Assembly (NCBI RefSeq): GCF_000008465.1
Contig: NC_006512.1
Span: 600,001-632,000 of the forward strand
DNA from: Idiomarina loihiensis L2TR
Lineage (GTDB): Bacteria > Pseudomonadota > Gammaproteobacteria > Enterobacterales > Alteromonadaceae
Direction: 5' to 3'
DNA: 32,000 nucleotides
How positions within the stretch are numbered: position 1 is the first letter of the stretch; each line of letters begins with the position of its first letter. The notes beneath the pieces are model-generated. The model did not search any database, was not told the origin of the DNA, and worked only from the letters and a program-made list of their open reading frames with translations. The translations under genes and the position numbers were made by a program. Shown piece by piece: positions 8,168 through 17,377 of the stretch.

Positions 8168-8902
8168 ATGCTTAAAGAAGTAAAGGATATAGCCCACGAC
8201 GCTGGCGCTGCCATTATGGATATTTACCAAAGCAACGACTTTGATGTGCAGAAAAAGGCCGATGACAGTCCGCTGACCAAAGCAGATTTAGCGGCGCATA
8301 ACATCATTTGTGAGGGTTTGCGTGCGCTGGATATTCAGTACCCGGTTATTTCGGAAGAGTCGTCAGACATTAGTTGGGCGCAGCGCAAGCACTGGTGCCG
8401 CTATTGGCTGGTTGACCCGTTGGACGGCACCAAGGAATTTATTAAGCGAAATGACGAATTCACCGTGAACATTGCCCTGATAGAAAAGGGCGTGCCCATT
8501 TTAGGTGTGGTGTATGCTCCGGCGTTAGACGCCATGTATACCGGCGAGCGTGACCGCGGTGCGTTTTTAAACGACAAAGCGATTTCGGTTGCCACGCAGG
8601 AACCTGAAGCTTTGCGCGTTGTAGGCTCGCGCTCACACCCCTCACAGGAAACGACCGACTGGTTAGATGCTCAGGGCAAATCCTACGAGATGCTGGCGGT
8701 AGGCAGTTCACTGAAGTTTTGCCTGGTAGCCGAAGGTAAAGCCGACATTTATCCCCGCTTAAGCCCCACCAGCGAGTGGGACACCGCCGCAGCCCATGCG
8801 GTATTAAGTGCAGCAGGTGGGGACGTACTGACCCTTAACGGGGAACCGCTGCTGTACAACCAAAAAGCAGACTACCTCAACCCGCACTTTATTGCCCGGT
8901 GA
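8168..8902 (+). CDS. cysQ: 3'(2'),5'-bisphosphate nucleotidase
   Basis: 244-aa ORF with inositol-monophosphatase-family motifs (ISEES, WLVDPLDGTKEF, EWDTAAAHAV) and a length typical of CysQ. Confidence 0.85.
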   Translation: MLKEVKDIAHDAGAAIMDIYQSNDFDVQKKADDSPLTKADLAAHNIICEGLRALDIQYPVISEESSDISWAQRKHWCRYWLVDPLDGTKEFIKRNDEFTVNIALIEKGVPILGVVYAPALDAMYTGERDRGAFLNDKAISVATQEPEALRVVGSRSHPSQETTDWLDAQGKSYEMLAVGSSLKFCLVAEGKADIYPRLSPTSEWDTAAAHAVLSAAGGDVLTLNGEPLLYNQKADYLNPHFIAR

Positions 8903-8910
8903 TTGGTGTT

Positions 8911-8919
8911 GTAGCCTGA
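8911..8919. repeat. Left stub (GTAGCCTGA) of REPIN copy 3, which is split by the IS
   Basis: Joining 8911-8919 to 10302-10348 rebuilds a complete REPIN: GTAGCCTGA+CGTTTACGTCAGG, then a spacer, then CCTGACATGAATGTCAGGCTAC. Confidence 0.85.
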
Positions 8920-9004
8920 TGAGATGGTCCCCTCCCTCCTAAGCGGCATCGCAATGTGCCAATATAGAGGTTCAAGCTTCTATAGAACAGAGTGGAGAGG
9001 ACCA

Positions 9005-10036
9005 ATGGCTATTGTAAACAGAATTGCCCTGGATTTGGCAAAGGATTTTATTCAGGTTTTGGCGCTGGATGAAAATGAGCAGGAAGTTTTTAATAAAAAA
9101 CTGCGCAGCAATAAAGTGTTAGCGAAGCTGGCGACGCTGAGCCGTACGGATGACTGTGAAGTAGCGGTTGAGTCCTGCGGCATGAGTCATTACTGGCGCC
9201 GCGAATGTGAAAAGCTGGGTTATAAAACGGTGGCGTTGCCACCGCGTTTCGTCAAAGCGTACCTGCAGGGTGAGAAGAACGATGCGAATGACGCCCGGGC
9301 AATAGCCGAGGCGGCATCACGACCCAACCGTCAGACGGTCAGGCTGAAAAGCATTGAGCAGCAGGACTTAGCATTGATGGTCAATCAGCGGGAAGGCTTC
9401 GTGCAGACGAGAACGCAGTTCTCGAATAGGTTGCGGGGGCAACTGGCCGAATACGGCATTCTTTTACCGAAGCGAGTCGGTACGATATTACAGAGAGTAC
9501 CGGAGGTACTGGAAGACGACAGCAATGCGCTGACGCTTCAGTCACGGGACCTCATCAACCGGCTCTATCAGATGCTGCGAGCGGTGGATGAAGAAGTTAA
9601 AGCGCTGGATAAGCACTTAGCGACACAGGCCGAAAGGAATGAAGACAGTCAGCGGCTGATGACCCTGCCGGGTATCGGACCGATAACAGCGACCTCGCTG
9701 CTGGCACTGATAGGTGATGTGAGTGAATTTAAACGCGGCCGCAACCTGTCGGAATACCTGGGACTGGTACCACGGCAAAACAGCAGTGGCGGTAAAGACC
9801 GTTTAGGCGGTATTACCAAAAAAGGGAACACCAAACTCAGGACACTGCTGGTGCATGGCGCCCGCTCGGCACTGCGGGTGGCACAACAGCGCCACGACAG
9901 GCTGAGCCTCTGGGCACAGGATGTCGCTAAACGCAGAGGCAACAACGTTGCAGCGGTGGCACTGGCTAACAAGCACGCCCGGATAATCTGGGCGATGTTA
10001 AAGAATAAAGAAGATTACCGGATGACTGCTGCTTAA
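9005..10036 (+). CDS. IS110-family DEDD transposase/recombinase
   Basis: Starts MAIVNRIALDLAKDF.. (the N-terminal DEDD RuvC-like domain begins ..GIDLAK-like). The C-terminal Transposase_20-like region reads LMTLPGIGPITATSLLALIGDVSEFKRGRNLSEYLGLVPRQNSSGGKDRLGGITKKGN. A GGAGAGG RBS precedes the ATG at 9005. The track start at 8924 falls inside the terminal repeat. Confidence 0.9.
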   Translation: MAIVNRIALDLAKDFIQVLALDENEQEVFNKKLRSNKVLAKLATLSRTDDCEVAVESCGMSHYWRRECEKLGYKTVALPPRFVKAYLQGEKNDANDARAIAEAASRPNRQTVRLKSIEQQDLALMVNQREGFVQTRTQFSNRLRGQLAEYGILLPKRVGTILQRVPEVLEDDSNALTLQSRDLINRLYQMLRAVDEEVKALDKHLATQAERNEDSQRLMTLPGIGPITATSLLALIGDVSEFKRGRNLSEYLGLVPRQNSSGGKDRLGGITKKGNTKLRTLLVHGARSALRVAQQRHDRLSLWAQDVAKRRGNNVAAVALANKHARIIWAMLKNKEDYRMTAA

Positions 10037-10282
10037 CAGCATTCAGTAAAAGAGCACAGCGAAGGTTCATTCCTTCCGGGAGTTGCAAACGTCAACAGGA
10101 TGGTAAAATAGGGTAAACCGACGACAACTGAGACTGTTGAACGTCCGTACATAAAGTACGTTAGCCTGATAAGCCAGTTGTCGTGCGGAGTTCATCCAGG
10201 CCAGGTGCGCAAAGCGCGCACCATAAACAGGCCGTATATATGCGAGCGCCCCGACATTTACCACGAGTTGCCGTTGCAAAAC
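10037..10282 (+). ncRNA. Candidate bridge/seek RNA of IS copy A
   Basis: This non-coding stretch lies between the transposase stop and the right subterminal repeat. There is a 10-bp perfect stem (10121-10130/10175-10184) and an inner hairpin (10146-10150/10156-10160). Together they enclose an internal loop carrying AACGTC (10140-10145, antisense to target GACGTT) and TAGCCTGA (10162-10169, sense copy of the target left half). A second hairpin/loop (10192-10242) carries TCATC (antisense to core+left end, GATGA) and ATATATG (sense copy of right end+core). The exact RNA ends are unknown. Confidence 0.5.
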
Positions 10283-10301
10283 GGGAGGGGACCATATATG
10301 A
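10274..10301 (+). promoter_or_regulatory. Right-end half of a putative circle-junction promoter (TTGCAA-17-TA|TGAT)
   Basis: TTGCAA lies at 10274-10279 with a 17-nt spacer. Joining the right end, the TGA core and the left end would create TATGAT as a -10 directed toward the transposase gene. In the integrated state the hexamer is TATGAC. Confidence 0.35.
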
Positions 10302-10348
10302 CGTTTACGTCAGGAGCGATGCCCCACCTGACATGAATGTCAGGCTAC
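10299..10348. repeat. Right remainder of REPIN copy 3
   Basis: TGACGTTTACGTCAGG, then spacer agcgatgcccca, then CCTGACATGAATGTCAGGCTAC. Confidence 0.85.
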
Positions 10349-10434
10349 GTGCAGTTAAATGTGAGTAAATGTCGATTTTTCCAAATGGATGCTAGACTCT
10401 TTAGGTAAGAAAGCAGGCCACATAGGTGAAACAC

Positions 10435-10788
10435 ATGAAACTACTTTTAGCTTTTGCAACGACGGCGCTATTGGCTGGTTGCAGCACAGCCCAGTCGGCA
10501 ACAGACACTCCGGTCACTATGGCCGATATTAACGAACTGATTGGTAAGCCAGAGGCGCAAAGTATAGATAGCTGTAAGGTACTGCCTGTGGGCAAAAGAG
10601 CTTGCGGTGGCCCAGCGGGTTATGTGGTTTACAGTAGTGAGACCATCACTGATGAGAGTAAATTGCTTAACGCTGTGCATCGCTACAATGAGAAGGCCGA
10701 AAAAGATGCTCAAACAGGCTATTCTACCTGCCAGTTTATTCCCGAGCCCGAACCTCAGTTAAAAGCTGGCGTGTGCTGGATACCCTAG
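10435..10788 (+). CDS. Putative lipoprotein of unknown function
   Basis: The signal peptide has a lipobox (MKLLLAFATTALLAGC). AGGTG lies 8 nt upstream of the ATG at 10435. Several Cys residues appear conserved. No family was recognised. Confidence 0.55.
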   Translation: MKLLLAFATTALLAGCSTAQSATDTPVTMADINELIGKPEAQSIDSCKVLPVGKRACGGPAGYVVYSSETITDESKLLNAVHRYNEKAEKDAQTGYSTCQFIPEPEPQLKAGVCWIP

Positions 10789-10853
10789 TGGACAAATACT
10801 AATCACTTAATTAGACTAACTAGTATCAATATTTAAAAGTAAGCGGAGGCTTG

Positions 10854-11060
10854 ATGGACAAGATTGATCGTGCTTATTATCCAGAGCTCGACAAGCTTCT
10901 GTGGGATACCAATACGAAATACTTAACGCCTAAAGAAGCATTGGATATATATGAAACTCGCTGGCGTTTTGTCGAAGAAAGGCAATTGCTTAAGCGCGAG
11001 CGTCAGCTAATTGATAAATTGGCAAAAGATGCAGGCGGTTTTCTCCCAAGTGCAGCGTAA
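10854..11060 (+). CDS. Small hypothetical protein, possible partner/antitoxin of the downstream nucleotidyltransferase
   Basis: 68-aa ORF with a GGAGG RBS at 10845-10849. Its stop is 3-6 nt before the next start. It looks helical and charged, and I see no clear HTH. Confidence 0.45.
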   Translation: MDKIDRAYYPELDKLLWDTNTKYLTPKEALDIYETRWRFVEERQLLKRERQLIDKLAKDAGGFLPSAA

Positions 11061-11066
11061 AAATTG

Positions 11067-11771
11067 ATGAGCACTTACCAGCGTAAACACCACCAGTTAA
11101 TTCAGCGTTGCCTGGATAATTTTAATAGCCACTACTTAACGGAACACGCAATTCTTTTTGGTGGCGGCACTCGGATAGCTCTGGAGCTTAGCGAGTATCG
11201 TGAATCAGTTGACATTGATTTTCTTTGTAGAGATAAAAAATCATTTCGAGCGGTAAGAGAACAGGTAACGAATAGAACGCTAGGTGAGCTGGTAAAAGAG
11301 GATTTTATTTATTCTCGCGATATTTCGTTTGATAGATATGGTGTGCGCACTTTTCTGGATGTTGATGGTGTGAGAATTAAGCTTGAGTTTGTAGCTTTTG
11401 ACAACTACGCGTTAGAGCAAGGAGATGACGCAGATTTATTTAATGTGCCTTTTATTGACCGTACTTCATGTTTTATCACCAAGCTTCTGGCAAATGCTGA
11501 TAGGTGGATGCAGAAACCTTATAAAGACATATTTGATTTGATTGTTATGTTTGAAAACTGGGGGGAGATACCACCCGAGGCGTACGCGGAAGCTCACACC
11601 CATTACGGTGTTCAAGTTGTAAATAATGGCTTAAAACGGGCACTCCAAAACCTCCGGAATAATCACATTGCTTACAGAGAAGAAGCCGAAGGTATGGGAA
11701 TACAAAGAGAATATTTTGATAATGTTGTGTTCCCAGGCTCTGAGCGATTATTGTCTAAGCTTCTAAATTAA
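11067..11771 (+). CDS. AbiEii/DUF1814-like Pol-beta-superfamily nucleotidyltransferase (type IV TA / abortive-infection toxin family)
   Basis: The motif FGGGTRIALELSEYRESVDIDFL matches the G[GS]-x(n)-D-x-D NTase signature and the GGT..R.S.DIDF pattern I remember for AbiEii. The protein is about 234 aa and the DNA context is AT-rich. Confidence 0.6.
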   Translation: MSTYQRKHHQLIQRCLDNFNSHYLTEHAILFGGGTRIALELSEYRESVDIDFLCRDKKSFRAVREQVTNRTLGELVKEDFIYSRDISFDRYGVRTFLDVDGVRIKLEFVAFDNYALEQGDDADLFNVPFIDRTSCFITKLLANADRWMQKPYKDIFDLIVMFENWGEIPPEAYAEAHTHYGVQVVNNGLKRALQNLRNNHIAYREEAEGMGIQREYFDNVVFPGSERLLSKLLN

Positions 11772-13313
<1,542 letters not shown>

Positions 13314-13324
13314 CAGGATGACTA

Positions 13325-14902
13325 ATGACTAGAGATATCCACGACCACCGAATATTGATTCTGGATTTCGGCTCTCAGTACACTCAGCTGATAGCCCGCC
13401 GCATTCGCGAAATTGGCGTTTACTGTGAACTTTGGGCCTGGGATGTTGACGAAGCTGACATCCGCGAATTTGCGCCTAAAGGCATTATTTTATCGGGTGG
13501 CCCGGAAAGCGTAGCTGAAGAGGGTTCGCCGCGTGCGCCTGAATATGTCTTTAACGCAGGCGTACCAGTATTTGGTATTTGCTACGGCATGCAGACCATG
13601 GCACATCAGCTGGGTGGTTCGGTGCAATGCTCGCTGGAGCGCGAATTCGGTTACGCGCAAATTGAGCTGGTAGAGCAAAGCCCGCTGTTTAAAGCTATTG
13701 AAGACGCTGTGTCTGAGTCTGGTGCGCCGTTACTGGATGTGTGGATGAGCCACGGTGACAAAGTGGAAATGATTCCGGAAGGCTTTCACACCGTAGCGAA
13801 AACCTCCTATTGCCCGTATGCCGCAATGGCTGACGAAGAACGCCAGTTTTATGGTGTGCAGTTTCACCCGGAAGTGACTCATACGCGGCAGGGACAGCGT
13901 ATGCTGGAGCATTTTGTCAGCGATATCTGCGGTTGTGAGAAGCAATGGACGCCGGCAAAAATCATTGATGACGCCATTGAGCGCATCCGTGAACAGGTAG
14001 GTAGTGACAAGGTTATTCTTGGTTTGTCTGGCGGTGTTGATTCGTCGGTAACGGCTATGCTGCTGCACCGGGCTATTGGCGAGCAGCTGACCTGCGTATT
14101 TGTCGACAACGGATTGCTGCGGCTGAACGAAGCTGAGCAGGTGATGGAAATGTTCGGCGACCACTATGGTCTGAACATTTTGCCAATACGTGCAGAAGAC
14201 CGCTTCTTAGATGCGTTGGCGGGTGAGAATGACCCGGAGAAAAAGCGTAAAATTATTGGTAATACCTTCATTGAAATTTTTGATGAAGAAGCCGGTAAGC
14301 TGACCGAGGTTGACTGGCTGGCGCAGGGCACTATTTACCCTGACGTAATTGAGTCCGCTGGTTCTAAAACCGGTAAAGCGCACGTGATTAAATCACATCA
14401 CAACGTGGGCGGTTTGCCGGAAGACATGAAGTTAGGTTTGGTTGAGCCACTGCGTGAATTGTTTAAAGACGAAGTGCGTAAAATTGGGCTTGAGTTAGGC
14501 CTGCCGTACAACATGCTTTACCGTCATCCGTTCCCGGGACCTGGTTTGGGTGTTCGTGTGCTGGGTGAAATTAAGAAAGAATACTGCGACTTATTGCGCC
14601 GTGCCGATGCGATTTTCATTGAAGAGCTGCACAACGCGGACTGGTACAACAAAGTCAGCCAGGCCTTTGCGGTATTCCTGCCGGTACGTTCGGTGGGTGT
14701 TATGGGTGATCAGCGTAAATACGACTGGGTTATTGCCATACGCGCCGTAGAGACTATCGACTTTATGACCGCGCGCTGGGCTCATTTGCCGTATGAGTTG
14801 CTAGAGAAGGTATCAAACCGGATTATCAACGAAGTTAACGGAATTTCCCGCGTAACCTACGATATTTCAGGTAAACCACCTGCCACCATCGAGTGGGAAT
14901 AA
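13325..14902 (+). CDS. guaA: GMP synthase (glutamine-hydrolysing)
   Basis: 525 aa with a GATase domain (GICYGMQ), the ATP-PPase motif SGGVDSSV, and the C-terminal ending PPATIEWE. Confidence 0.95.
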   Translation: MTRDIHDHRILILDFGSQYTQLIARRIREIGVYCELWAWDVDEADIREFAPKGIILSGGPESVAEEGSPRAPEYVFNAGVPVFGICYGMQTMAHQLGGSVQCSLEREFGYAQIELVEQSPLFKAIEDAVSESGAPLLDVWMSHGDKVEMIPEGFHTVAKTSYCPYAAMADEERQFYGVQFHPEVTHTRQGQRMLEHFVSDICGCEKQWTPAKIIDDAIERIREQVGSDKVILGLSGGVDSSVTAMLLHRAIGEQLTCVFVDNGLLRLNEAEQVMEMFGDHYGLNILPIRAEDRFLDALAGENDPEKKRKIIGNTFIEIFDEEAGKLTEVDWLAQGTIYPDVIESAGSKTGKAHVIKSHHNVGGLPEDMKLGLVEPLRELFKDEVRKIGLELGLPYNMLYRHPFPGPGLGVRVLGEIKKEYCDLLRRADAIFIEELHNADWYNKVSQAFAVFLPVRSVGVMGDQRKYDWVIAIRAVETIDFMTARWAHLPYELLEKVSNRIINEVNGISRVTYDISGKPPATIEWE

Positions 14903-14973
14903 GCGGGTAAACATTGGCTGGCCGTTGCAGGTAATCTTCCGAAAGACGCCAGCAAGTACATCCCTGTAAGGCT

Positions 14974-15001
14974 TGTGCAGCGCCGTCCATGGCGCTGCAC
15001 A
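14974..15001. terminator. 11-bp GC-rich hairpin between convergent guaA and the OMP gene (possible bidirectional terminator)
   Basis: TGTGCAGCGCC-gtccat-GGCGCTGCACA. Only a weak T-run follows (CTTTCTCC). It sits inside a longer inverted repeat (14912-14931/15017-15039). Confidence 0.45.
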
Positions 15002-15064
15002 CTTTCTCCAGATTTTCCTGCAACGACGTAACGCCAATGTTGACTTGTTATTTACTTAATCCAC

Positions 15065-15589
15065 TTAGAAGTGGTAAGTCACGCCTAAATGTACTTCATT
15101 GTCGATGCTGTTGAAGTTTCCACGGAAACCAGCGTCAGCAGAGAATTGCTCAGTGAAAGCGTAACGTAAGCGCGCACCAACTGATGCAAAGCCGTCTAAG
15201 CCCCAGTCATAACCGGCGTCTACAATAGCAGTGGTTTGCTGGCTTAACTTAGTCATAGTACCGATACCGGCATAAGCGCTGGTGTCGTCGTAGTTGCCAA
15301 AGTCATAGTGGCTAACACCGGCTTTCAGGAATGTATTGAACTGCTTACCTGCGCCCATGTCTATGAAATATTTAGCGCCAGCACGAAGTGAGTAGTCACC
15401 CATATCTTGCAGTTGTATTTCACCAACCCAGTTTGGGGCGATAGTTTTGGATCCTTCTACGTAGAAATCGGAATCGTAGAAATCGGAGAAACCGCCGCTA
15501 ACATAGTTTAAATCATCAGCTTTGCTGGCTGCTGAAAACATAAGCGAGCCGCTTGCGAGTAGAGCTGTTGTTAGTATAAGTTTTTTCAT
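15065..15589 (-). CDS. Small 8-stranded-type outer-membrane beta-barrel protein (OmpX/OmpW-like)
   Basis: It has a signal peptide (MKKLILTTALLASGSLMFSAASKA), alternating beta-strand patterns, and a C-terminal ..GVTYHF. An AGGAGG RBS precedes the ATG at 15589. Confidence 0.7.
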   Translation of the reverse strand: MKKLILTTALLASGSLMFSAASKADDLNYVSGGFSDFYDSDFYVEGSKTIAPNWVGEIQLQDMGDYSLRAGAKYFIDMGAGKQFNTFLKAGVSHYDFGNYDDTSAYAGIGTMTKLSQQTTAIVDAGYDWGLDGFASVGARLRYAFTEQFSADAGFRGNFNSIDNEVHLGVTYHF

Positions 15590-15703
15590 AGTTTGCCTCC
15601 TTGGATATGACATTTGTATTATGGCACCTGAGAGGCGAAATAGCAGCCCTTCAACTGTAAAGGTTCAGTAAAATAAAGGGCTGTAGGGGTGGTGTGTGTC
15701 GTT

Positions 15704-15759
15704 GTAGCCTGACATTTATGTCAGGTGAGATACCGTTCCTGACGTAAACGTCAGGCTAC
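15704..15759. repeat. REPIN-like double palindrome, copy 4 (A-variant arm / G-variant arm)
   Basis: GTAGCCTGACATTTATGTCAGG, then spacer tgagataccgtt, then CCTGACGTAAACGTCAGGCTAC. The right arm (15738-15759) is identical to the empty IS target in the opposite orientation. Confidence 0.9.
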
Positions 15760-15777
15760 GTACCCCACCATGCCGAG

Positions 15778-16986
15778 CTATTTAACGATATCCAGCCAGA
15801 CCATGCGATGGTCGGAAGAGGCGCTGCGCTTTTGCATTAGCCTGCTGCCGGCTTCATCACCGACAGGCCAGAACACGCCGGCGTCTTTTACGACTAAGTC
15901 GTTAGACGGCAACACGTAGTCTACGCGCTTGCGCCAGGCCGCGGTATGATATTGCGAGCCTCGTTTGTCAGGAGAATGCTGTTCACCGCCACGGCTTTGG
16001 GGTTTCACGTCATTTACCCGCGGGTGTTGCAGTAATTGCTCAATAGCACCATCAATACCGCCGGAACCGGCCTCTGCATTCATGTCACCCATAACGATAA
16101 AGCTCTCGTCAGCTCCCAGGCCGCCACGCACACCATTATCATCGTAAAGGTAGTTATCACTGCCGGGTGTAAGGTAGTCAGCTAATAAGCGGATTTCATC
16201 GTAGTTACGCATGCCGTTGCTGTTTTCCGGGCCGTCGAACGCTGGAGGTACTGGGTGCGCAGCTAATAAATGAATGACTTTGTCGCCCACTTGCACGGGG
16301 ACGTCCCAATGCGATTTCGAGCTTAACGGGTACTGCGCCATGATTTCGTCGGAGTACCATTGCTCGTCAGTAGGCTGTTCCTGTTCATTCATCACGTAAG
16401 GAATATGGCGGCCGGGCATGTCTTTCCACAAAAAGTGTTGAAAGGTTCGGGCTTTATCCGTTAGTAACGGATATTTCGATAAGATAACCATACCGTACTG
16501 CCCCGGATACCAGCCAAACCCCCAGGCGTCGATGCCGGTACCTTGTGCCGTGCCGTCGCGGTTTAAATCAAAAGGTGAGGCCACCCCTGTATTTACCGGA
16601 GCAATATAAGTATAGGGGTATTCAATTGCCTTTTGTCCGTTCTGGGGAATCGACAAGTACTTTTCCTGAAAGACATTTACGCCAATTTCTTTATCAACGT
16701 AGTCAAACTCGTTCAGCAAAACGATATCAGGTCGCACACGTTGCAGTATTTCGGCAATACCACGAATTTGTTCATGATCCTGCTGTAACACCTCGGGTAC
16801 AGGCGATTTGTCCAATTGCGGGAGCTCGCTGTCGCTCAGGTAATTAGATGCGTCCATACTGACATTAAAAGTCGCAACCCGAATGGTTTCTGGTTCGCCT
16901 TTGCCGGAACCGGCGAATGCATTAAAAGAAGTAGGAATCATAAGAACAACGAATGTTAAAATTAATAAAAACCGTATAAAGCCCAT
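15778..16986 (-). CDS. Secreted endonuclease/exonuclease/phosphatase (EEP) family protein
   Basis: 402 aa from MGFIRFLLILTFVVLMIPTSFNAFA (signal peptide). EEP motifs are present: RVATFNV, VLLNEFD, MGDMN, SDHRMVWLDI. Confidence 0.75.
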   Translation of the reverse strand: MGFIRFLLILTFVVLMIPTSFNAFAGSGKGEPETIRVATFNVSMDASNYLSDSELPQLDKSPVPEVLQQDHEQIRGIAEILQRVRPDIVLLNEFDYVDKEIGVNVFQEKYLSIPQNGQKAIEYPYTYIAPVNTGVASPFDLNRDGTAQGTGIDAWGFGWYPGQYGMVILSKYPLLTDKARTFQHFLWKDMPGRHIPYVMNEQEQPTDEQWYSDEIMAQYPLSSKSHWDVPVQVGDKVIHLLAAHPVPPAFDGPENSNGMRNYDEIRLLADYLTPGSDNYLYDDNGVRGGLGADESFIVMGDMNAEAGSGGIDGAIEQLLQHPRVNDVKPQSRGGEQHSPDKRGSQYHTAAWRKRVDYVLPSNDLVVKDAGVFWPVGDEAGSRLMQKRSASSDHRMVWLDIVK

Positions 16987-17377
16987 GGGATAACCGTTTG
17001 AGAGCAGCCTAAGACAGTGAGTGAGAATAAAGGTTCCCGGATGACTAGGCAAGAGCTAATAATTTGATTAAAATATGTCACATATCTGACACAAAAATGT
17101 CTTAGAAGCGTAATGAAATCAGCCCGATCCCATACAGCTCCGACCTCTTGCCGCGCACTGAATACTTTTCAGGCTATTAGTTTCCCGGTAATGAATCAGC
17201 TGTTATGCCGTGGCTCCTCATCTAATACTAAGCGAACGATCCAACTTCCTCTTCTGCGTTCGCAAAAAAGTTCCATTGCTTCTCATATTTTTTTTAAGTT
17301 TCACGAAATTGTCATAAATAAGATTTACCCTCACTTTCGCATAAATACCCAAAACCAAAATCGGGAAGAACAAAACT

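Larger units (their letters stand above)
8920..10298 (+). mobile_element. IS110-family (IS1111-subgroup-like) insertion sequence, copy A
   Basis: There are 13-bp subterminal inverted repeats, ATGGTCCCCTCCC (8924-8936) and GGGAGGGGACCAT (10283-10295). It carries a single DEDD-type transposase gene followed by about 250 nt of non-coding 3' region. TGA is present on both sides (8917-8919 and 10299-10301). A second copy lies at 28627-30005. Confidence 0.9.

Noticed and set aside
8924-9004. N-terminal 27-codon extension of the transposase ORF (MVPSLLSGIAMCQYRG...)
   Set aside because: The ATG at 8924 is the first base of the 13-bp terminal inverted repeat. The canonical IS110 N-terminus (MAIVNRIALDLAK) begins at 9005 and has a good GGAGAGG RBS. 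The same reasoning applies to 29921-30001 in copy B.
10067-10279. 70-aa ORF on the minus strand in the IS 3' region, with an identical 70-aa ORF at 28646-28858 on the + strand
   Set aside because: It lies antisense within the highly structured non-coding end of the IS. It has no RBS and an Arg/Ala/Cys-rich low-complexity composition. Its duplication simply reflects the IS being duplicated. The region is better explained as the candidate bridge/seek RNA.
15643-15682. 8-bp inverted repeat CAGCCCTT...AAGGGCTG upstream of the OMP gene, considered as a terminator for the EEP gene
   Set aside because: It has a large 24-nt loop and no T-run in the relevant (minus) direction. It sits in the OMP promoter region and there is not enough evidence for any call.
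17232-17269. Hairpin GCGAACG-N18-CGTTCGC followed by A6, considered as a terminator
   Set aside because: On the + strand the hairpin is followed by A's rather than T's. On the - strand the T-run precedes the hairpin. No upstream gene on either strand needs terminating here.
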